Of a DNA stretch of 50,870 nucleotides, positions 9,280 to 16,573 are shown piece after piece. Source of the DNA: a virus (lineage: Duplodnaviria > Caudoviricetes). The notes below the pieces were generated by a model. That model did no database searches. It saw only the letters and a list, made by a program, of their open reading frames with translations, and was not told where the DNA came from. The position numbers were made by a program, and so were the translations under genes. Each line of letters begins with the position of its first letter. The stretch's first letter is position 1. The stretch is taken from the IMG/VR virus record IMGVR_UViG_3300031825_000017, positions 1 through 50,870 of that record; one strand, 5' to 3'.

Positions 9280-10643
9280 GAGGGCTCCTTTCTGGCGGCG
9301 GTGGAATTGCGGTATGCCTTGGTCAGGCCGAAATCGACGGCATGCCCGCGGTAGCGGATGATCTTCGCCAGGTGCGCGCGGTCGGCGTGGCTGCCAGTCG
9401 CCTGCCGCAGCAGGCCGAGATAGCTGTTCGCCGCGGCATGCACCTCATGCGCTTCCATCTGCGCGAGACGCTGCGCGGCGACGTTGACGGTGCGGCGGCG
9501 AGTAGTGCGCACCCACGGACGGATGACTTGACCGACGAAGTCGATGCCGCGGCTCACCGGCTGCAGGATGGTCTTCGTCGGGTTCAGCCGGGCGCCGAGT
9601 CGGCGCGGCAGGAACGCCTCGATGTCATCGTGCGCGGCGTTGAGCCACTGTGGCGATTCGTGCAGCAGCAGGAAGTCGTCGACGTAGCGGATGTAGTGCC
9701 GCGCGCCGAGGACATGCTTTGCGCGCTGGTCGAGCACGTTCAGGTACACGTTGGCGAAGAACTGCGACGACAGATTTCCGATGGGCAGGCCGAGATGTGC
9801 GGGCTGTTCCATGAGGCGCTTGTGGGGCGGCACCCGGTCCATCAGCTTGGGATCACCCAGGTAGACGAAGTCGGCTCGTGGATCGTGCATCAGCACGAGC
9901 TCGGTCAGCGCGCGCCAGAACGGCTCGGGGATCTTCGCGAGCAGCAGATCGAGAAGAACGCGCTTGTCGATGCTGACGAAGAAGTTGGCCAGGTCGCATT
10001 TGAGGTAATACGCCGGCCGCGACCAGTTCTGCGTGATCGAGCGCACCTTGGCTTCGAGGCGTCGCGCTGCGTAGAGCGTTCCGTGCCCCTTGATGCATGC
10101 GCACGAGTCCGCGATGAACGAGCGCTCGAAGCGTGGGCCGATGCGGTTGTACAGCAGGTGGTGCACGATACGGTCGCGGAACTCGGCCGCCCACACCTCG
10201 CGGTGCTTTGGCCGATCGATGACGAAGCACTTCGAGCGGCCGGGCACATAGCTGCCATCCTCCAATTCGTCGTGCAGGCGGCACAGGTTGCGCTCGAGAT
10301 CGGCCTCGAACGCAAGCGCGCTTGCTGTGTTGCGTTTGGTGCGCCGGCAGTCGTGGTAGGCCACGACGAGCTCGGCGCCAGTGAATCCTTCTACTTCGTT
10401 CCAATCTGCTGACGACGACCGCGCGAAGCGCGGCGCTCTTGTGGTTGTTGTTCTGGTTGCCGTTGTTGAAGTTCTGGTACCAGGCGTAAGCGGAACCATC
10501 GCGCTATCTACGTCGCCCACCCGATCACTCAGGCGGGAAACTGCGCCGGACCCTGTCGCACACTGGCGGTCGGTTTCCGTTTTGCGCATGGCGGTGGCCT
10601 TGTGGGCCAGCGGCGCGACCAGATTGAAACGGCGCTCAGTCAT
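9276..10643 (-). CDS. DGR reverse transcriptase (start uncertain: ATG 10643 coupled to the avd stop, or ATG 10499)
   Basis: KHREVWAAEFRDRIVHH, YYLKCDLANFFVSID, GLPIGNLSSQ (the IGxxxSQ DGR signature), YIRYVDDF and GIDFVG. Confidence 0.95.
   Translation of the reverse strand: MTERRFNLVAPLAHKATAMRKTETDRQCATGSGAVSRLSDRVGDVDSAMVPLTPGTRTSTTATRTTTTRAPRFARSSSADWNEVEGFTGAELVVAYHDCRRTKRNTASALAFEADLERNLCRLHDELEDGSYVPGRSKCFVIDRPKHREVWAAEFRDRIVHHLLYNRIGPRFERSFIADSCACIKGHGTLYAARRLEAKVRSITQNWSRPAYYLKCDLANFFVSIDKRVLLDLLLAKIPEPFWRALTELVLMHDPRADFVYLGDPKLMDRVPPHKRLMEQPAHLGLPIGNLSSQFFANVYLNVLDQRAKHVLGARHYIRYVDDFLLLHESPQWLNAAHDDIEAFLPRRLGARLNPTKTILQPVSRGIDFVGQVIRPWVRTTRRRTVNVAAQRLAQMEAHEVHAAANSYLGLLRQATGSHADRAHLAKIIRYRGHAVDFGLTKAYRNSTAARKEPS
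10403..10494 (-). repeat. DGR template repeat (TR), 92 bp
   Basis: On the minus strand it reads TCC GCT TAC GCC TGG TAC CAG AAC TTC AAC AAC GGC AAC CAG AAC AAC AAC CAC AAG AGC GCC GCG CTT CGC GCG GTC GTC GTC AGC AGA TT. It has 7 AAC codons and aligns without gaps to both VRs. Confidence 0.97.
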
Positions 10644-11013
10644 GACGGCCTTGACCTCCATGAAGCGGGCGCTTAGCAGCATATTTTTTCCAGGCCGTGG
10701 CTTGCTTGCTGATGCTCACGGTCAACCGGATGACACACCAATACTGCTTTGGCGAAATTCTCTCCATATCCAGCGCGAGGCGTAGCAGCAACTCAACCAG
10801 CTTTATCTTCTCTATCAGATGAGCAAGGTGTGGCACCTTGTCATCGGCGACGTTTGCGCGATAGACAAGAATCAGCAACTTGGAAGATTCCCGCACGATC
10901 TCCTCACCGATCAGGCGCTTGAACGAGCGTTCCATGTTGGCGACGATCTTCGTTACCCTACCGAAAAGGTCGTAGCCAGTCTTATAGACGTCGAGCTCGG
11001 TATGGAGAGCCAT
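10636..11013 (-). CDS. avd: DGR accessory variability determinant (Avd, four-helix bundle)
   Basis: 125-aa basic helical protein (LDVYK...FKRLIGEEI...LLLRLALDMERISPKQY...ISKQATAWKK) directly upstream of TR/RT. Confidence 0.88.
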   Translation of the reverse strand: MALHTELDVYKTGYDLFGRVTKIVANMERSFKRLIGEEIVRESSKLLILVYRANVADDKVPHLAHLIEKIKLVELLLRLALDMERISPKQYWCVIRLTVSISKQATAWKKYAAKRPLHGGQGRHD

Positions 11014-11027
11014 GGCGTGTCAAATGA

Positions 11028-11495
11028 TTAAATTATTGAAGGAATGAATCTGCTGACGACGACCGCGCGAAGCGCGGCGCTCTTGCGGTAGTAGTCCTGG
11101 GTGCCGTAGCAGAAGTACTGGAACCAGGCGTAAGCGGGATCGCCTTCGTAGTCTTCTTCGAGCCAGATGCTTCCCTTGGTGCATTCCTCGGGGAAGGCCG
11201 CCTGCAGAAGGCGCCCCTCGCGACAGTTCGGCAGCTTGAGCCCACGGCCTGCCGCATATGCTTTTGCATCGTCGTGCGGCGCTATCTCGCCCTCGCCGGC
11301 GTGCAGGATCAGGTAGTAGTCGATGGTGCCATCTTCCTTGAAGATCGGACCCGCAACGCGGGCGCCGGGAGGCAGCGGAATTACCGCGCGCTCGATGACA
11401 TATTCGGTGGTGCCTGATTGCTTTTCGTACTGCTCGATCAGCGCGCCGACGCGCGCGTGCTCGGACTTGATGTGTTCCAGCGTGACACTCGACAT
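11028..11495 (-). CDS. DGR target protein 2 (C-type lectin/DUF1566-like fold, C-terminal VR)
   Basis: C-terminus AYAWFQYFCYGTQDYYRKSAALRAVVVSR is encoded by the VR; LPNCREGRLL and IW motifs. Confidence 0.92.
   Translation of the reverse strand: MSSVTLEHIKSEHARVGALIEQYEKQSGTTEYVIERAVIPLPPGARVAGPIFKEDGTIDYYLILHAGEGEIAPHDDAKAYAAGRGLKLPNCREGRLLQAAFPEECTKGSIWLEEDYEGDPAYAWFQYFCYGTQDYYRKSAALRAVVVSRFIPSII
11047..11137 (-). repeat. Variable repeat VR-B
   Basis: 91-bp ungapped match to TR with 10 mismatches, all at TR adenines. Confidence 0.97.
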
Positions 11496-11532
11496 GGAAG
11501 ACCTCCGGTGGTGGATCGAATGGGTGAATGAA

Positions 11533-11892
11533 TCAATTTTTGAATCTGCTGACGACGACCGCGCGAAGCGCGGCGCTATTGTGGTCGTTGCTCTGGCCGC
11601 CGTCGTAGAAGTCCTGGGACCAGGCGTAAGCGGAGTCCCACTCGACGTCGTCGTCGGTCCAGTACGCCTCTGGCTTCACGAGCTCTCGGTGCTCGTTGTA
11701 GATGATCAGCGCATCGACTCGGGTGAAGAGGACGCCGCCGACGCTCTTCGCCCATTCACGCTGCTGGTCACGCGGCCGCCGTGTGTCGGTCACTGCGATG
11801 ATCACGGTGTGCTCGATGTCGCCGTTCTTGTCGATGCGGCCGTGCAGATAGGTTTGGCCTTCGGCGAGCGGTGGGATTTGGATTTGCTGCAT
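11533..11892 (-). CDS. DGR target protein 1 (C-type lectin/DUF1566-like fold, C-terminal VR)
   Basis: EWAKSVGGVLFTR..YWT...SAYAWSQDFYDGGQSNDHNSAALRAVVVSR; GGGAGA Shine-Dalgarno before ATG 11892. Confidence 0.92.
   Translation of the reverse strand: MQQIQIPPLAEGQTYLHGRIDKNGDIEHTVIIAVTDTRRPRDQQREWAKSVGGVLFTRVDALIIYNEHRELVKPEAYWTDDDVEWDSAYAWSQDFYDGGQSNDHNSAALRAVVVSRFKN
11543..11634 (-). repeat. Variable repeat VR-A
   Basis: 92-bp ungapped match to TR with 8 mismatches at TR adenines and one G->T change (11578). Confidence 0.97.
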
Positions 11893-11940
11893 GGGTTCTC
11901 CCATTGGGTTGAGGGGCACTGCGAAAGGTGGTTGATCTGG

Positions 11941-12444
11941 TCAGGTGGCTTCCTGGAATTCCTCGGGCTCGTCGTACGACAGGCTCATGTGGACCTCCTG
12001 GCCGAGGAGCTGGCAGATCCTAGCCAGAGTCTTCTCGTCAGGATGGATCTGCACGCGGAAGTTGATGAAGACGGTGCCGCCTTCCTGAAAGTCGAAGGAG
12101 AGTCTGTTCACTCGTGCATCGTCGAGCACGATGTTGTCTTCCTTGCGCACCTGGCTGAGAATGCTCAGCACCTGGTGCTCCCAGTCGCCGTCCCACTTCA
12201 CGGTGCCCAGCGCCGGGTTCTTCAGGTTCGGCAGGTAGCCGGCATCGGTCACCAGGTCGCCCTGGACGGCCTCGTCCTTGTGGTAGAACGAAGACTTGAG
12301 CGTCGGCGAGAACAGGGTCAGCAGGTCATTGGAGACGCGCGCCTGCAGCTTCAGGTCCACGCCCAACACGCTGTCCTCACCGTGCTTCTCGGTGCGCGTG
12401 TTGATGTGCAGGATCTTGACCAGTTGGTTATCGAGTTCGAGCAT
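11941..12444 (-). CDS. Conserved phage hypothetical protein
   Basis: 167-aa ORF with a GGAG Shine-Dalgarno; NTRTEKHGED motif. Confidence 0.75.
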   Translation of the reverse strand: MLELDNQLVKILHINTRTEKHGEDSVLGVDLKLQARVSNDLLTLFSPTLKSSFYHKDEAVQGDLVTDAGYLPNLKNPALGTVKWDGDWEHQVLSILSQVRKEDNIVLDDARVNRLSFDFQEGGTVFINFRVQIHPDEKTLARICQLLGQEVHMSLSYDEPEEFQEAT

Positions 12445-12472
12445 TGCTTGGCTCCGGTGGTGGGAAGGGGGA

Positions 12473-13297
12473 TCAGGCTGCGCGGGCAGACATCACTTCG
12501 TCCGGGTAGGCCTCGCAGCCGCCGATCTGCATGGCATCCTTCTGGGCCTTGGCCATCTGGTTGAGCGCCGACTGGTTGACGTCCAGCAGGTTCAGGAACG
12601 TCGGGTTCGCGGCGACGAAGCGGACGAGCGCTATCTTGTCGACGCAGCGCGCCTTCCAGTTCTTGCGGGTGGACAGGCCGGAAACCTTCGGCGCCGCGGA
12701 TGCCACCGGCACCGGCGCGGCGGTGACCAGGTCGGCGGTCATCTGGATGGACCGAGCCTCGACGGCGCCGGCTTCTGCCGTGCTGATGGCCGCCTGTTCG
12801 AGTTCAGCCGCCTTGGCGGCGTCGCCCGCGGCGGCAGCGGCGGCAGCTTCGGCTGCGATGGCGTCGGCTTCCACCTGGGACTTGCGCGCGGCCTCCCGTG
12901 CCTCTGCTTCGATGCGCTCGCGTTCCACGCGGGCCAGACGTTCGGCCTCGCGGCGCGCCTCATCCGCCTTGCGCTGCTGCTCGCGGTCGTAGGTGAGCAG
13001 GGCGCCCTTCAGCACCGACTCGGCTTCGTCGAGATACGTCTTGGGTGCGCGGAACAGATCGTTCACGGCCTTGACTGCTTGGTTGAGCGGCCCCGTGATG
13101 GCAGTGCGCTTTTCCTCGACGTGCTTGACCAGCGCTTTGACTTTCGCCAGATCCTCGGCCGCCAGTTCGTACATGGTCGGGCTGTCGATGACGAAGTCCT
13201 TGGCGCTGGCCAGCATGCGCTGGGCCTTGCCGCCGAGCACGATTGCGTCGCTCGCGTCGTATGCGACGGAGCCCTGGGTGTTGTTGGTATCGCTCAT
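12473..13297 (-). CDS. Coiled-coil protein of the recombination cluster
   Basis: Long Ala/Glu-rich coil with a C-terminal globular tail; downstream of exo/bet. Confidence 0.75.
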   Translation of the reverse strand: MSDTNNTQGSVAYDASDAIVLGGKAQRMLASAKDFVIDSPTMYELAAEDLAKVKALVKHVEEKRTAITGPLNQAVKAVNDLFRAPKTYLDEAESVLKGALLTYDREQQRKADEARREAERLARVERERIEAEAREAARKSQVEADAIAAEAAAAAAAGDAAKAAELEQAAISTAEAGAVEARSIQMTADLVTAAPVPVASAAPKVSGLSTRKNWKARCVDKIALVRFVAANPTFLNLLDVNQSALNQMAKAQKDAMQIGGCEAYPDEVMSARAA

Positions 13298-13321
13298 GGT
13301 CGGTATCTCCGGGAGCCGCGC

Positions 13322-13906
13322 TCAGGCGGCGTGTTTGCTGCGGTAGCGGTGAAGGGTCAGGCACGACAGGAAGACGGCCCAGTCGTCCGGGTCCTTCATC
13401 TCGTGCAGGCGGTAGGTACCGTCGTCGCGCAACTGCAGCGTGTAGCGGCCAGGCACGCGCTTGCCGGTTTCCTGCTCGACGGCGTTCTTGTACGCGGCGG
13501 TCTGCGGGCCATAGCTCGGGTACAGCTCGCCGGTCTTGAGGTCGAGGATCCCGCGCGCGCCGTCCATATGGATCAGCCGGTCATAGGTGCCGGCGTACCG
13601 ATGGGCGGGATGGAACACACGTTGCTCCATGCCAAGGATCTCGAATTCCTTCTCGGCTCGGAACCGAATCCACGCGTCGAGGTAGGGACGCACGACGTCC
13701 GAGACCGTCGATTCGTCGAGATCGCCCTCGTCGTATAGTTCGGTCGCCTTGTGCACCGCGGTGCCGAGCTGGCGCTTGTATTCCAGCACCTCGGGGGCGA
13801 CGAACTTGAAGTCGACCAGGGGCGCGAGGATCTGCGTCACGCTCGGCACAGCGACGCCTTCGAACGTGTAGGTGTGCGACGGCTCGTCGAAGACCAGACC
13901 AGACAT
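13322..13906 (-). CDS. PD-(D/E)XK (Cas4/RecB-like) exonuclease
   Basis: PSVTQIL, GTAVH, YAGTYDRL, LDLKTG and QTAAY motifs. Confidence 0.88.
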   Translation of the reverse strand: MSGLVFDEPSHTYTFEGVAVPSVTQILAPLVDFKFVAPEVLEYKRQLGTAVHKATELYDEGDLDESTVSDVVRPYLDAWIRFRAEKEFEILGMEQRVFHPAHRYAGTYDRLIHMDGARGILDLKTGELYPSYGPQTAAYKNAVEQETGKRVPGRYTLQLRDDGTYRLHEMKDPDDWAVFLSCLTLHRYRSKHAA

Positions 13907-14877
13907 CAGCAGTTCTCCCGGATGTAGTCCTGCAGCGCCACGAAGCCATCGCGCGTCAGGCCGTCGAGCGTGTCGGACAGCGACAGGCCGGTGGCGGCCA
14001 GCGCGTCCGCCACGGCGATGTCTGCGCTGCCGAGTTTTTTGCGTACGTACTGCTTCTCTCCGTCCGTGGCCAGGTCGGTGGCCTCGGCGTCTTCGAATTC
14101 GCGAGACTGCGTCGCGCGCTGGGCGGGCGGCTGCTTGGTGGCTTCGCGCTCGACGTGCTCGACCGGCGCGGCGCTCGTGAGTGGCTGTTCGATGGTGGTC
14201 GCCTGCTGCTGCTCGACCTGCTTCGGCTTTGCCTTGGGCTGCTGCACGGCCACTGCGGAGCCGGCAGCGGAGCGCGCTACGTCGGCGGCGCCCATATCGC
14301 GCTCGACGATGCGCTGTGCCTCGTCCTCGTCGTAGATGCCGGCGAAGCCGTAGGCCAGGCGTGCGCCCTGGATGAGCGTCTTGTGGCGCATCATCCGCGA
14401 CGGGTGGGACTTCCACGGCTGCATGCTCGGCCGAACCACCTCCGCGAAGCGCTCGCGGATCTTGATCGGCCGCGCGCGGTCCTTCCGGTAGATATGCACT
14501 TCCATCCAGACCGGCACCGTCTTGCCCTCGAAGGTGGTCGTTTCCTCGGACTCCACGAACTCGAAACCGTCAGACTGAGGGTGTTCGTTGATGATCCGCG
14601 ACCAACCGTCGACGCCCACCACCGGCACGATGCCGCCCTTGTCGGGGAAGGCGTAGATTTCCTTCGTGAATGGGTTCAGACCGTACTGGTCAGCCACGAT
14701 CAGCAGCGCGGCCATCTGCTCGTTGCTGATGTCTTGGTTGCCGTTCTGGCGGAACGCCGTGGCCTTCAGCGTGTTGAGAAGCTTGTCGGCCTCGATGCTG
14801 TACTTCGCCGCAAACTTCGCAACGAGGGTCTGTTTCTGGGGCGCGGCGGCCGGGCGCTCGGCAACTGCAGTAGACAT
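13906..14877 (-). CDS. bet: Single-strand annealing protein Bet/RecT
   Basis: LLIVADQYGLNPFTKEIYAFPDKGGIVPVVGVDGWSRIIN and RMMRHKTLIQGARLAYGFAGIYDEDEA closely resemble lambda Bet. Confidence 0.95.
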   Translation of the reverse strand: MSTAVAERPAAAPQKQTLVAKFAAKYSIEADKLLNTLKATAFRQNGNQDISNEQMAALLIVADQYGLNPFTKEIYAFPDKGGIVPVVGVDGWSRIINEHPQSDGFEFVESEETTTFEGKTVPVWMEVHIYRKDRARPIKIRERFAEVVRPSMQPWKSHPSRMMRHKTLIQGARLAYGFAGIYDEDEAQRIVERDMGAADVARSAAGSAVAVQQPKAKPKQVEQQQATTIEQPLTSAAPVEHVEREATKQPPAQRATQSREFEDAEATDLATDGEKQYVRKKLGSADIAVADALAATGLSLSDTLDGLTRDGFVALQDYIRENC

Positions 14878-14911
14878 TCCAATCTCCTGTGGCAGGGTGG
14901 CGAAGAGGCGA

Positions 14912-15196
14912 TCAGGCGGCAGCCGGCGCCGGCGCAGCCTCGACCTTCACGTACGGGTACTTCTTGTCGTACGGCTTGATGTGCTTGCCGTGGTGCGAGC
15001 CCTTCGACTCGGCATCGCAGAACGCCGCGAAGTCGTCGGTGGTGAAGTTGCTGTAGTGATAGAGCGACGTCGGCGCGTTGGTGCGGCGGTCGCGGAAGCG
15101 GATCGCGAGCGTGTTGCTCTCCGCGTCGTGCCCGATGCTGTGGATCTGCGACGATTCGACTTCCTGCATTTCGATGGTGGGCATGGTCGATTCCAT
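14912..15196 (-). CDS. KTSC domain protein
   Basis: VESSQIHSIGHD..TLAIRF...YHY...AESKGSH..KHIK pattern. Confidence 0.85.
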   Translation of the reverse strand: MESTMPTIEMQEVESSQIHSIGHDAESNTLAIRFRDRRTNAPTSLYHYSNFTTDDFAAFCDAESKGSHHGKHIKPYDKKYPYVKVEAAPAPAAA

Positions 15197-15219
15197 GGTG
15201 ATCTCCAGGTGGTGGTGGG

Positions 15220-15360
15220 TTAGGCGCCAGCGCAGATCGCGATGGCGAGATACCAGATGCAGCCGATGGCCAGGCCGTAGCCGATGGCGCCGGCCCACTG
15301 CCGGGCGCGCGAGCACTTCGCGACGGCCAGCAATGCGTTGGAGCGGGGGTCGTAGGTCAT
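15220..15360 (-). CDS. Small membrane peptide (46 aa)
   Basis: MTYDPRSNALL...AIGYGLAIGCIWYLAIAICAGA; tiled with an ATGA overlap; below the ORF-track cutoff. Confidence 0.55.
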   Translation of the reverse strand: MTYDPRSNALLAVAKCSRARQWAGAIGYGLAIGCIWYLAIAICAGA

Positions 15361-15443
15361 GCCAGCAGCTCCTGCGCAGCGATGACCACCGCGTAGCCGA
15401 CGGCGAGCCAGCGGTTGTTGCGGTCGACTTTGGCGCGATCCAT
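15357..15443 (-). CDS. Small hydrophobic peptide (28 aa)
   Basis: MDRAKVDRNNRWLAVGYAVVIAAQELLA; start and stop overlap both neighbours. Confidence 0.45.
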   Translation of the reverse strand: MDRAKVDRNNRWLAVGYAVVIAAQELLA

Positions 15444-15784
15444 CAGAAGGGCACCTCAGCCGACTCGGTCGGGGTGAACTCGATGGCCGTCACCTTGCTG
15501 ATCTTGTCGTTGATTTCCGCGGTACGGCGCCCGAGCTCGGCACGTACGTTCTCGCGCTCGCGCTCCAGCGCAGCAAGCATCAGCGAGCGCGGGTCGATGT
15601 CGCTCGGGACCTCGACAGTGATCGTGTGCGGCATGATCTTTCGATAGCGCGCCCAGTTGCCGCCCAGCTCATTCCTTGCCCATTTCTCAAAGTCGTTCAC
15701 GCTGAACTCGTAGGACAGCTTGTCGGAGTATTCGCTGACGCTGGCGTAGATCCAGCCCTTGATTTCGATGATTTTCGTGGTCAT
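15443..15784 (-). CDS. Hypothetical protein
   Basis: 113-aa ORF with a GGAG Shine-Dalgarno. Confidence 0.7.
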   Translation of the reverse strand: MTTKIIEIKGWIYASVSEYSDKLSYEFSVNDFEKWARNELGGNWARYRKIMPHTITVEVPSDIDPRSLMLAALERERENVRAELGRRTAEINDKISKVTAIEFTPTESAEVPF

Positions 15785-15816
15785 GGCAGTCTCCTGGTAG
15801 TCGGAAGCGAGGTATG

Positions 15817-16038
15817 TCAGGCAGCGAGGCGTTGAACAGCCTCTGCCTCATCCAGCAGCTGCTGCGCGTAGAGCAGCACCGCGGTCTTGTCGATCTCGTT
15901 CCAGACGGCCCGGCGGTCGGCGGCGGCGATGTAGTTGCGCAGCAGTGCGGCGCGCGCCGGGTTCTTGCCCAGGCTGTCGAGGAATGCAATCTCATTGGCC
16001 GTGCCGTAGCTGCGGGCGGCGGTGTTGTTGGCGCTCAT
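15817..16038 (-). CDS. Hypothetical protein
   Basis: Tiled early-left ORF. Confidence 0.65.
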   Translation of the reverse strand: MSANNTAARSYGTANEIAFLDSLGKNPARAALLRNYIAAADRRAVWNEIDKTAVLLYAQQLLDEAEAVQRLAA

Positions 16039-16217
16039 GCTTGCTCCCTGGCGTGGACGAGGGCGCTGCGGGCGATGTCGCCCAGCATTGCCGGGACATC
16101 GACCAGGTCACGATCTGCCGTGCGCGACAGGCGTTCGATCTGCTGCAACGCAGTGGTCAGGATGCGGGTCAGATTCTCGTGCGCGGCTTGGCGCGACACG
16201 GCTTGGTCGGTCGTCAT
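16035..16217 (-). CDS. Hypothetical protein
   Basis: ATGA overlaps on both sides. Confidence 0.6.
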   Translation of the reverse strand: MTTDQAVSRQAAHENLTRILTTALQQIERLSRTADRDLVDVPAMLGDIARSALVHAREQA

Positions 16218-16570
16218 GCGGCGCTCCTGGCTGCATCGATCCGGTCGCACATGTCCTGCTCGGCGTGCGACTTCGCGATGAAGGCACGCGCCTCTGCGCG
16301 CTCGTCGGCCAGCGACTCAGCGGCCTGTTCTTCCAGGTGCGCCATGAAGTGAGCGTCGAAGAGGTCGAGCACGTTCGCCGTCTCGCTGCCGTCGTCGTTC
16401 ACCATGCGGACGTCCGTGGCCATGAACCGCGGCGCCGCGCCCGGGCCCGGCGTGGTGAACTCGCCGGTGATGGACCACAGGAAATTTGGGGTGCTCACGA
16501 CCGTGCGCACTTGGTCGGCGCTCAGCGCGCGCGGGCGGAAGACGCGGGCGAGGGGAGTGATGGCGGGCAT
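16214..16570 (-). CDS. Hypothetical protein
   Basis: Tiled early-left ORF. Confidence 0.65.
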   Translation of the reverse strand: MPAITPLARVFRPRALSADQVRTVVSTPNFLWSITGEFTTPGPGAAPRFMATDVRMVNDDGSETANVLDLFDAHFMAHLEEQAAESLADERAEARAFIAKSHAEQDMCDRIDAARSAA

Positions 16571-16573
16571 AGC

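Noticed and set aside
9276-10643. RT as a group II intron, retron or Abi RT
   Set aside because: The IGxxxSQ motif, adjacent avd and adenine-specific TR/VR pairs identify a DGR. I see no maturase/endonuclease extension or retron VTG motif.
13322-13906. Cas4 implying CRISPR-Cas
   Set aside because: It is the exonuclease partner of bet; no other cas genes or arrays are present.
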